This document shows positions 9,198 through 15,930 of a stretch of 38,100 bases of DNA, one piece after another (within the stretch, counting starts at the first letter, position 1; every line of letters begins with the position of its first letter). The notes beneath the pieces are model-generated. The model was not told where the DNA came from. It did not search any database and was given only the letters and a program-made list of their open reading frames with translations. This DNA is from a virus (Duplodnaviria; Caudoviricetes). Where the stretch lies: positions 1 through 38,100 of the IMG/VR virus record IMGVR_UViG_3300025084_002858, one strand, 5' to 3'. Both the position numbers and the translations under genes were made by a program.

Positions 9198-9353
9198 ATG
9201 AAACCAGTTGAAATTCTTCTGCTCATTTCCGAGTTAGAAGGTTCCTACACACATACCAAAAAACTTGGTTTCGATAAAGACCGAGATGTCCTTAGAGAAA
9301 TGTGTGATAGGTATTACAAACTGTACTTTAAACTAAAGAAGGAACATAAATGA
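9198..9353 (+). CDS. 51-aa hypothetical protein (not in ORF track)
   Basis: MKPVEILLLISELEGSY...YFKLKKEHK; AGGA upstream. Confidence 0.6.
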   Translation: MKPVEILLLISELEGSYTHTKKLGFDKDRDVLREMCDRYYKLYFKLKKEHK

Positions 9354-9517
9354 AAATGTGGGAAGCAAAATGTAGTGGTTGTGGTAAAATGACCCCTGCA
9401 GATAAGTGTCCTCAGTTAATGATGACACCCCTTTGTAAACCATGTTGGCTAAAGAAACATTCCTCCGTCCCTGGTCCGAGTCCAGCTGGAGGAGTCGGGC
9501 GAATAGCTCAGCGGTAG
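9350..9517 (+). CDS. Small Cys-rich (CxxC...CxxC) protein that reads through into tRNA-Val
   Basis: ATGA coupling; CSGC and CKPC motifs; stop codon lies inside tRNA-Val. Confidence 0.5.
   Translation: MKMWEAKCSGCGKMTPADKCPQLMMTPLCKPCWLKKHSSVPGPSPAGGVGRIAQR
9461..9494 (+). pseudogene. Internally deleted tRNA (acceptor stem + T arm only; acceptor resembles tRNA-Asn)
   Basis: TCCTCCG / TGGAGGA-G acceptor and CTGG-TCCGAGT-CCAG T arm; no D or anticodon arm. Confidence 0.65.
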
Positions 9518-9568
9518 AGCATCTCCTTTACACGGAGGATGTCGGGGGTTCGATCCCCTCTTCGCCCA
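9497..9568 (+). tRNA. tRNA-Val(TAC)
   Basis: Acceptor GGGCGAA/TTCGCCC; loop TT-TAC-AC; GGTTCGATCCC. Confidence 0.95.
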
Positions 9569-9590
9569 TGTCGAATACAAGGTATTACTA

Positions 9591-9839
9591 ATGATTACAG
9601 TAAGATGCAAAGAATGTGGAACAGAACTGACAAGCACTAGTAAGGTTCAGTTCTGTGGTTGTCCCAATCAAGTAAGAGTTGTGGATAATAAAGTCGGTGC
9701 CGTTGACTTAGACAAAGTTGTAATGGTATCTAATAACGTAGAAAACAAGATTGATAGTCATTTCTCTAGAACAGAACTCATCTATCAAGAAGAACGTCGC
9801 AGGCGTAAAGTACGTCGTATAGAATTTGAAGAGCGTTAG
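9591..9839 (+). CDS. Small zinc-ribbon-like hypothetical protein
   Basis: CKEC...CGC; basic C-terminus. Confidence 0.65.
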   Translation: MITVRCKECGTELTSTSKVQFCGCPNQVRVVDNKVGAVDLDKVVMVSNNVENKIDSHFSRTELIYQEERRRRKVRRIEFEER

Positions 9840-9912
9840 GAATTCCTAACTCTATTGATATAGTGTAGTATATTCCTATATTAAATAGTGTTGTAGACAC
9901 TTTCTTTCTACC

Positions 9913-10068
9913 ATGCATCCAGACGAATTTTCTAATTGGGAAAAAATCAAAGAAACCTTTGAAGAAAACGGCACAACAGATAATTACTTTTATGTTCGTG
10001 CTTGTGCTATAGTGGGAGGACAACCAGATCCAATAAAGAAACTTCCAAATGTCTCACAGGATGGATGA
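9913..10068 (+). CDS. 51-aa hypothetical protein (not in ORF track)
   Basis: MHPDEFSNWEKIKETFEENGTTDNYFYVRACAIVGGQPDP... Confidence 0.6.
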   Translation: MHPDEFSNWEKIKETFEENGTTDNYFYVRACAIVGGQPDPIKKLPNVSQDG

Positions 10069-10231
10069 AATCATACCTGACCACCTTGTATCTAAACAGG
10101 AGTGTCAGGAAATGATTGACAAAGCAATTGATAAGCATAACAAAACTGCCACTGTTATAAGTGCTATTCTTGGTGGGATACTCCTTGCGTTTTATTCGCA
10201 TGGAGTTCTTTCTTTAGTTGGTAGAGTTTAA
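10049..10231 (+). CDS. Small membrane protein
   Basis: IDKHNK followed by a hydrophobic helix. Confidence 0.6.
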   Translation: MSHRMDEIIPDHLVSKQECQEMIDKAIDKHNKTATVISAILGGILLAFYSHGVLSLVGRV

Positions 10232-10234
10232 GAT

Positions 10235-10321
10235 ATGAGCACTTTGTTTGTATTTGCTTTCATAATGTTGCTTGTTACGGGTATGGAGTTAACATGGCCA
10301 GGGAGGTATAGGGGAAGATGA
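10235..10321 (+). CDS. 28-aa hydrophobic peptide
   Basis: MSTLFVFAFIMLLVTGMELTWPGRYRGR fills the gap; ATGA-coupled to the next gene. Confidence 0.45.
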   Translation: MSTLFVFAFIMLLVTGMELTWPGRYRGR

Positions 10322-10527
10322 AACCACTTGTTCTATTTGCATGTTTTTTACCACTAGGTATAATCTACATAGTAATGAAACTTGCTGTTTGGGTATCCGC
10401 TGTCAATTCTGAATCTTCTTATGTCGGAAAAGAACCTTTACGAAAACGAGGACCCTTCGTGGACAATCCATATGAGGACGTTGACGCAGAGGAAGAAGAA
10501 TTTACAGATCGCACAGACTATAGATGA
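10318..10527 (+). CDS. Small membrane-anchored protein
   Basis: N-terminal TM segment, acidic tail. Confidence 0.6.
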   Translation: MKPLVLFACFLPLGIIYIVMKLAVWVSAVNSESSYVGKEPLRKRGPFVDNPYEDVDAEEEEFTDRTDYR

Positions 10528-10651
10528 TGCTCTCTATCAATATTATGTGATAGAACGTGGACAAAAAGTTCCCAATTGGAGGTATGTTAAAGACCAAGAT
10601 TGGTGGATAGATTATTTAAAAAGTTTAGGAATGGACCCAAGAAACCCATGA
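10472..10651 (+). CDS. Hypothetical protein
   Basis: ...VPNWRYVKDQDWWIDYLKSLG; coupled to the next ATG; start uncertain. Confidence 0.5.
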   Translation: MRTLTQRKKNLQIAQTIDDALYQYYVIERGQKVPNWRYVKDQDWWIDYLKSLGMDPRNP

Positions 10652-11124
10652 AAGTAGGATTAATCGGATTAGGAAGAGTTGGCGAGGGTATGTCTCGCCG
10701 TATGATTGAAAAAGGAATTGAAGTCTGGGGCTACAGTAGCACTAACTATGAGAATGCCTGTGGACAATATGAAGCAGGATACCTTAGTGGGTGTGTAACT
10801 TCTCTAGAGTATCTTGTCCAAGCCGTTAAATCTGATGGTAAGAAGTTTACTAGTGCAGGGAGAATTCCTGGTATTTTTCAGATCACACTTCCAGAGCAAA
10901 AGGCAGAAGACACACTTGATGAGTTGCTACCTTTTCTTGAGGAGGGTGATATTATCATCGATCATAGTACCAGTGATATAACAAAATGTCAGGAACTGCA
11001 ACTGTATTGTTCTAAGTTAGGTATCTCATATATCTTCTCTGGAGTATATGGAGCAACCCATGCTGTAAATGTATGTTCTAAAATTTTCCAATCGCTATCA
11101 CCAGGTAATGCCACACGAGTTTGA
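10648..11124 (+). CDS. Stand-alone NAD(P)-binding domain of 6-phosphogluconate dehydrogenase type
   Basis: MKVGLIGLGRVGEGMSRRM Rossmann start and LEEGDIIID; only 158 aa, no catalytic C-terminal domain. Confidence 0.75.
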   Translation: MKVGLIGLGRVGEGMSRRMIEKGIEVWGYSSTNYENACGQYEAGYLSGCVTSLEYLVQAVKSDGKKFTSAGRIPGIFQITLPEQKAEDTLDELLPFLEEGDIIIDHSTSDITKCQELQLYCSKLGISYIFSGVYGATHAVNVCSKIFQSLSPGNATRV

Positions 11125-11290
11125 TCCATGCGAAGCACCTGTAGAAGGTGAAGTTGATAAGTGGGGGTTTACTATTAAACCCACTATTAGTGATGATGAA
11201 TTAATTCTTATGTGTCTTAAGAATGCTCCTTGTGGTAGCGATAGAAAACAGACAATAAAGTTAATTAAAATCTACGAGGAAAAAATTTAA
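11108..11290 (+). CDS. Hypothetical protein
   Basis: MPHEFDPCEAPVEGEVDKWGFTIKP; coupled to neighbours. Confidence 0.55.
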   Translation: MPHEFDPCEAPVEGEVDKWGFTIKPTISDDELILMCLKNAPCGSDRKQTIKLIKIYEEKI

Positions 11291-11421
11291 TGACCCTTGC
11301 ACATGTCCTACTTTTCGGATCACTACCCTTTATATGTGCCACCGCATATTTCGGGTACAGAAAAGGTGAAAATAACTATTATGAAACCGACGCCTACTCA
11401 GGAAATGGAACAGCGCATTAG
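11290..11421 (+). CDS. ndhP: NdhP-like small subunit of photosynthetic complex I (43 aa; not in ORF track)
   Basis: One TM helix then YFG...NNYYETDAYSGNGTAH, matching the recalled NdhP tail (FFG.xNGFYD.D.Y.GNGSAH); TAATG coupling. Confidence 0.75.
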   Translation: MTLAHVLLFGSLPFICATAYFGYRKGENNYYETDAYSGNGTAH

Positions 11422-11608
11422 AATGCGGTTTGCGTTTGCCATGTCATCATTTGGTAGAATGTTTTTACCTCATGGCATAACACCAGATATGAGGGCATTA
11501 TGTAATGAATGGTCTCAACTTGAGGAACAACCACCTCAAGGTGATTTATATTTAGTTGATCGTTACTTCTTAGAACTATGGAAAACATGGTCATCTCCTT
11601 TACAGTAG
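11405..11608 (+). CDS. Hypothetical protein
   Basis: MEQRIRMRFAFAMSSFGRMF...GDLYLVDRYFLELWK; track start trimmed to avoid ndhP. Confidence 0.55.
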   Translation: MEQRIRMRFAFAMSSFGRMFLPHGITPDMRALCNEWSQLEEQPPQGDLYLVDRYFLELWKTWSSPLQ

Positions 11609-11657
11609 TTTATTGTTTATTTGGATTATTTCTTTTTATTCTTTCTCTCTTACAAGA

Positions 11658-11819
11658 ATGATGTTACAGTTTGCTAGGTTTTGTGGTGTTGTTCTCAACA
11701 ATCCATATGGAATAGGATTTCTTTCATCAATTTTGGTGTTTGTTCCTATCATAGGAATGTGGGCAGTACACAAATATGGATGGGAACACTGGGCTCCATT
11801 TGACAGGGGACACAAGTAG
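11658..11819 (+). CDS. Small membrane protein
   Basis: VFVPIIGMWAVHKYGWEHWAPF. Confidence 0.55.
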   Translation: MMLQFARFCGVVLNNPYGIGFLSSILVFVPIIGMWAVHKYGWEHWAPFDRGHK

Positions 11820-11828
11820 GGTTATAAT
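11800..11828 (+). promoter_or_regulatory. Consensus sigma70-type promoter
   Basis: TTGACA-N17-TATAAT, perfect match. Confidence 0.85.
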
Positions 11829-11834
11829 TGTTTC

Positions 11835-11995
11835 AGCGAGGACTTGAGACGTTCCGACCAGAGGTGCCAGTTCTGCTGGAATCAACCCCCTTTGGATGTT
11901 AGCGGTGGTACTGCTTCCTACTCCGGTGTATACTGTCAGAATGTTAGGGTTTAGAAAATGCCCCATAGCAAGCATTTGGATAAGTGCATCGTTAA
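11835..11995 (+). ncRNA. Candidate ~160-nt structured RNA between the promoter and tRNA-Pro
   Basis: No credible + strand ORF; GC-richer than flanks; several short hairpins. Confidence 0.45.
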
Positions 11996-12069
11996 CGGGG
12001 TGTAGCTCAGTTTGGTAGAGCGCCGTCTTTGGGAGGCGGATGCCGTAGGTTCAAATCCTATCACCCCGA
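11996..12069 (+). tRNA. tRNA-Pro(TGG)
   Basis: Acceptor CGGGGTG/CACCCCG; loop TT-TGG-GA; GGTTCAAATCC. Confidence 0.95.
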
Positions 12070-12090
12070 TTGCTTATACATAATGGCAAG

Positions 12091-12264
12091 ATGCATTTTT
12101 ATTCTGTGGAATACTGGCAGAAGAACTGGGAAACTCTCATGGAGAGAGTGGAGAACGGAGAGACTATAGGTGTAGAGAACGATAAAGGAGAAAGGGCAGT
12201 GATGGTGCCTGCTGATGATGAACTCATACGAATATACACAGAGCAAAACAACGAAGGGCCCTGA
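12091..12264 (+). CDS. Small protein with Phd/YefM antitoxin-like pattern
   Basis: LMERVENGETIGVENDKGERAVMVPA resembles the Phd consensus. Confidence 0.5.
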   Translation: MHFYSVEYWQKNWETLMERVENGETIGVENDKGERAVMVPADDELIRIYTEQNNEGP

Positions 12265-12336
12265 GGGACTGTCGCATATTGGTTAATGCTCTCTGCTTAT
12301 AACGGGGTAAACTGGGTTCAATTCCCAGCAGTCCTA
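12265..12336 (+). tRNA. tRNA-Ile(TAT)
   Basis: Acceptor GGGACTG/CAGTCCT; loop CT-TAT-AA; GGTTCAATTCC. Confidence 0.85.
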
Positions 12337-12339
12337 TTT

Positions 12340-12412
12340 GCTTCCTTAGCAATCTGGTGAATGCAGCAAACTCATAATTTGCCTAAGGTGAGTTCGATCC
12401 TCACAGGAAGCA
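12340..12412 (+). tRNA. tRNA with CAT anticodon (elongator Met, or Ile2 if lysidine-modified)
   Basis: Acceptor GCTTCCT/AGGAAGC; GCAAA-CTCATAA-TTTGC anticodon arm. Confidence 0.85.
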
Positions 12413-12413
12413 C

Positions 12414-12443
12414 TTGACAGAAACCATGTCAAACCCTTATAAT
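12414..12443 (+). promoter_or_regulatory. Sigma70-type promoter
   Basis: TTGACA-N18-TATAAT; -35 is one arm of the TTGACA-N7-TGTCAA inverted repeat. Confidence 0.7.
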
Positions 12444-12465
12444 ACTAAGGTCAACAAACGAGACG

Positions 12466-12678
12466 ATGACACTCACTACTAAGTTCAAGAAAGACATCCA
12501 AACCCTCAGGGGTGCGGTAAATGGAGAGTTCTTCCTGGATGTGAAGAATCCGAAACTTCTCAAAAAGGTCCGTCGTTATTATGAAAACACTGGTGTTGTC
12601 TTTTCAGGCGATGCCCTTGATGATTATGATATTTTGATGGAACAAATCTCTGTCGATCTTGAAGCGGTAGAAGCATGA
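12466..12678 (+). CDS. Conserved cyanophage hypothetical protein
   Basis: LDVKNPKLLKKVRRYYE...GVVFSGD; own promoter. Confidence 0.75.
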   Translation: MTLTTKFKKDIQTLRGAVNGEFFLDVKNPKLLKKVRRYYENTGVVFSGDALDDYDILMEQISVDLEAVEA

Positions 12679-12956
12679 ACGATCTAGATCCTAAGTCTGT
12701 TGACTCAACAAAAACTATTGTTATTCATGAACGATTCCCTTATAGGTTCGTTCAGAGAGGTTACATTCAACTTAATGGTAAACCAGATTTTCGTATGCAA
12801 AAAGCAAATGAGTATACTAAAAAATACTCTGATGTTTATTTGTTTGATAATGGAGATCAAATGCTTCTTGCTATTGAAGACCCAGAATATCCTAAATGGT
12901 TAGATCCAGATGGTGTCCCTTGTTATACAAAAGACTCGGTAAGTCGTGTAAACTAG
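12675..12956 (+). CDS. Conserved cyanophage hypothetical protein
   Basis: ERFPYRFVQ.G...NGKPDFRMQK; ATGA coupling. Confidence 0.75.
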   Translation: MNDLDPKSVDSTKTIVIHERFPYRFVQRGYIQLNGKPDFRMQKANEYTKKYSDVYLFDNGDQMLLAIEDPEYPKWLDPDGVPCYTKDSVSRVN

Positions 12957-13037
12957 CCCTGGTCGGGATGGTCTTAAGACCCCTGCGTTTCTTAGTTCGT
13001 AAAACTAAGTGGTGGAGTCATTAGACCCTTCTAAAAA

Positions 13038-13044
13038 CTAAATA
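13038..13044 (+). promoter_or_regulatory. Late-promoter-like box
   Basis: CTAAATA upstream of ATG 13068. Confidence 0.55.
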
Positions 13045-13067
13045 GTCCAAGAGTTATTTTAATCAAA

Positions 13068-13262
13068 ATGTCAACACAAGGAAAGGCAGCACGATCTGCA
13101 ACTGGTGCAGCGATGTCAAAGTATGACGTAGAAGTCGAAGCAAGACTTAACGCACTTGAGTCAGCAATTCATTCACATGAAGGTGGCGGAGATGACGCGA
13201 GAGTAGAGCAATTAATTGCCACACTCAAGCGTGAGTTTCCTGCTAAGTTTGCGGATCTCTAA
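13068..13262 (+). CDS. 64-aa hypothetical protein inside the structured RNA
   Basis: GKAARSATGAAMSKYDVEVEARLNALE; phage-like codon usage; stop abuts pseudoknot unit 2. Confidence 0.7.
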   Translation: MSTQGKAARSATGAAMSKYDVEVEARLNALESAIHSHEGGGDDARVEQLIATLKREFPAKFADL

Positions 13263-13363
13263 GGTTTCTTACTTTACCTAAGAGTAAGTGGTGCGGATGG
13301 GATACTCCCGCCCTGTTTCTTGCTTCAGGTAAAAGAGCAAGTGGCGTGCATGACAAGACCTTC

Positions 13364-13393
13364 AAAGACCCTTGACAACAAGGGTCTTTTTTT
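13364..13393 (+). terminator. Rho-independent terminator overlapping a promoter
   Basis: AAAGACCCTTG-ACAA-CAAGGGTCTTT plus T tract. Confidence 0.85.
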
Positions 13394-13400
13394 GTATGAT
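13372..13400 (+). promoter_or_regulatory. Sigma70-type promoter for the sugar island
   Basis: TTGACA-N17-TATGAT. Confidence 0.75.
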
Positions 13401-13424
13401 ACATAAGAAGAAACTTTTTTATTA

Positions 13425-14513
13425 ATGTCTGAATACAGTAAGACAGCACTGGTGCTTGGTGCTGGTGGCTTTATTGGAAGTCATATGGTTAAACGACTAC
13501 GATCCGAGGGATACTGGGTGCGTGGTGTTGATCTCAAGTATCCTGAGTTCTCTTCGACTCAAGCACATGAGTTTGTTCAGGGAGATTTGCGTGACGTAAG
13601 ACTTGTTCAGGAAGTTATCCAATTCAAAGGATATTCCGGTAACTACAACGCAAACGTACCCTATCAGTACGTTCAACCTTTTGATGAGATCTATCAGTTT
13701 GCTGCTGATATGGGTGGTGCAGGTTTTGTTTTCACTGGAGAAAATGATGCAGACATCATGCACAACTCTGTGTCTATCAACTTAAATGTTCTTGAAGAAG
13801 TTCGTAAGTTGAATGAAACGTTTGATGGTGTAGTTAAGGACTGGACTGAATGCAATCGTCCTAAACTTGATCAACCCACCAAGATCTTCTACTCTGGTTC
13901 TGCTTGCATGTATCCTGAGTACAACCAACTCGATCCTGATAACCCCGATTGCCGTGAAGAATCTGCATACCCCGCAGCACCAGACTCCGAGTATGGATGG
14001 GAGAAACTCTTCAGTGAGCGTCTCTACTTTGCTTACAATCGTAACCATGGCATCCCTGTTCGGGTTGCTAGGTATCACAACATCTTCGGTCCTGAAGGAA
14101 CCTGGGAAGGAGGAAGAGAGAAAGCACCAGCTGCAATCTGCCGTAAAGTTGCTTACCTCCCGGAGCAGGGTGGAGCAATCGAGGTGTGGGGAGATGGCTT
14201 ACAAACTCGTTCCTTCTTGTTCGTTGACGAATGCGTTGAAGCAACTAGAAGACTAATGGATAGTGACTTTATGGGTCCTGTGAATATTGGTTCTGAGGAG
14301 ATGGTCACTATCAATCAACTTGTAGAGACTGCTGCTAAAGTTGCAGAAAAGGAAGTTGCTAAGATTCATATCGACGGCCCTCTGGGTGTTCGTGGTCGTA
14401 ACTCTAACAACGACCTGATTCGTGAGAATCTTGATTGGGACTATTCTCAAACCTTAGAAGAAGGTATTCGTATTACATATAACTGGATTAAGGAACAAAT
14501 CGATGTCATTTGA
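13425..14513 (+). CDS. NAD-dependent nucleotide-sugar epimerase (GDP-mannose 3',5'-epimerase-like)
   Basis: GAGGFIG, AADMGGAGF, SACMYPE, YGWEK, GREKAPAAICRK, GVRGRNS. Confidence 0.9.
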   Translation: MSEYSKTALVLGAGGFIGSHMVKRLRSEGYWVRGVDLKYPEFSSTQAHEFVQGDLRDVRLVQEVIQFKGYSGNYNANVPYQYVQPFDEIYQFAADMGGAGFVFTGENDADIMHNSVSINLNVLEEVRKLNETFDGVVKDWTECNRPKLDQPTKIFYSGSACMYPEYNQLDPDNPDCREESAYPAAPDSEYGWEKLFSERLYFAYNRNHGIPVRVARYHNIFGPEGTWEGGREKAPAAICRKVAYLPEQGGAIEVWGDGLQTRSFLFVDECVEATRRLMDSDFMGPVNIGSEEMVTINQLVETAAKVAEKEVAKIHIDGPLGVRGRNSNNDLIRENLDWDYSQTLEEGIRITYNWIKEQIDVI

Positions 14514-15153
14514 TCATAATATTATCAAGCAAAAAATTGGTCGAGTTCTTCATATTGGTGCAGACCGTGGTGGAGAACTCCCTCAATACAAAGATATGGG
14601 TGTTGAGGAAGTAGTTTGGGTAGAAGCAAATCCAGAGGTCTATGGTGAACTTCTGGAGAACCTTGAGATCATGAACGTTAGTGAGGTTCAGAGTCGTCCT
14701 TTCAATCAACTTATCTCAGATAATGATGATGTTGAACTTGACTTTAATCTTTATTATGGTTGGGATGCAGGACACTTGGTAGGAAACAAGGGTATGTCTT
14801 CCCTCCTCCAAGCTAGAAACTCTTGGTGGGGATCTGAATGTTATCGTGGAACTATCAAACTCAATTCTCTTTCTGTGGATACTTTCCTAGAAAGAAATGA
14901 GATTGATAACTCATTTGATATGATGAATATTGATACTCAGGGTGCAGAACTCATGGTGTTCAAAGGGGCAACTGAAGTTCTGAAGAAAGTGAGTGTGATT
15001 AACTGTGAGGTCACTTTTCATACACCTCACTACCATGATAATCCTGACTTTGATGAGGTATATGAATACCTGAAACCATTTGGATTCAAGCATATTCACA
15101 CTGACTATTGTCTGGAACGTAACTGGGGCGATGCCGTATTCGTGAAAGAATGA
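14503..15153 (+). CDS. FkbM-family methyltransferase
   Basis: LHIGA..G, WVEANP, IDTQGAE, WGDAVF. Confidence 0.85.
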   Translation: MSFDHNIIKQKIGRVLHIGADRGGELPQYKDMGVEEVVWVEANPEVYGELLENLEIMNVSEVQSRPFNQLISDNDDVELDFNLYYGWDAGHLVGNKGMSSLLQARNSWWGSECYRGTIKLNSLSVDTFLERNEIDNSFDMMNIDTQGAELMVFKGATEVLKKVSVINCEVTFHTPHYHDNPDFDEVYEYLKPFGFKHIHTDYCLERNWGDAVFVKE

Positions 15154-15917
15154 AAAAGTATTGTATAATTAAACAACCTGCTGGATTTGGAGACATACTA
15201 TTTTGTCAAAAGATTGCAAAGGTGTTTCAAGAGAATACTGAATACAAAGAAATTATATGGCCAGTCGCTCCTGTGTATTCTTTTATTCAAGAATACATGG
15301 GAGATGAGAATCTTCATTTTCCTAGGGAAGATGAGGATTTTCCTTTTAAAGAAGTGTATGAATCCAATAGTTACAGTTGTCTGCAGTCTGATCAATTCTT
15401 ATTCATTCCTCTACAGACTGCTGATTATACGATTTCATCTTGCAAATGTCATGGAAGTCGTAGAGATCATGGACACATCAAGTACAATTTCTGTAATGTA
15501 GACTATCTCGACTGGAAAGATTATCTTTCATTTCGACGTTTTGAAAACAGAGAAGATGCTTTGATAGACTATCTTGGACTTGATCTAAACGAACCTTATA
15601 ATCTAATCAATAAGAGTTGCGGTACTCCTCCTCACTGTGAGTATCGTGAAAATATTAAACCAGATAATGATTATAAGAATATCTACATGGATCCCCTTGA
15701 AGGGTTCTCTTTATTTGACTGGTGTAAAGTGTTTGAACATGCACAAGAGATTCATACCATGGAAACTGGTGTATGGTATGTACTTGATAAACTAGGTTTA
15801 GAGAATGTCTACATTTACTCTAAATACACAAGCGATTGGAATCCCGAAAAACATCTTCCAGATGACTTTTCGTATATGAAAGATAACTGCAATCCGAATT
15901 GGAAACTTATTAACTAG
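15150..15917 (+). CDS. Putative glycosyltransferase
   Basis: AGFGDILF start and IHTMETG resemble GT-B fold enzymes; island context. Confidence 0.55.
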   Translation: MKKYCIIKQPAGFGDILFCQKIAKVFQENTEYKEIIWPVAPVYSFIQEYMGDENLHFPREDEDFPFKEVYESNSYSCLQSDQFLFIPLQTADYTISSCKCHGSRRDHGHIKYNFCNVDYLDWKDYLSFRRFENREDALIDYLGLDLNEPYNLINKSCGTPPHCEYRENIKPDNDYKNIYMDPLEGFSLFDWCKVFEHAQEIHTMETGVWYVLDKLGLENVYIYSKYTSDWNPEKHLPDDFSYMKDNCNPNWKLIN

Positions 15918-15930
15918 GAGATTTTATTAG

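Larger units (their letters stand above)
12933..13353 (+). ncRNA. manA-like structured RNA (three repeated pseudoknot units) interrupted by an ORF
   Basis: Three GTTTCTT....AAGTGG units with compensatory stems at about 12985, 13262 and 13312; upstream of a nucleotide-sugar epimerase and near tRNAs. Family name recalled, not searched. Confidence 0.65.

Noticed and set aside
10648-11124. Calling this a functional gnd
   Set aside because: Lacks the substrate-binding and dimerisation domain.
11297-11404. N-terminal part of track ORF 11297..11608
   Set aside because: Better explained by the NdhP-like ORF in another frame; the real start is probably 11405 (or 11381).
11727-11975. 82-aa minus-strand ORF over the candidate ncRNA
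   Set aside because: Runs against a consensus + strand promoter and overlaps a + strand gene; no motifs.
13029-13261. Group I intron or IS element as the insert in the manA-like RNA
   Set aside because: No recognisable intron core, terminal repeats, transposase or endonuclease motifs; the insert is nearly all ORF.
12985-13351. CRISPR-like mini array
   Set aside because: Repeats are degenerate, irregularly spaced and vary in a compensatory way, consistent with RNA structure; no cas genes.
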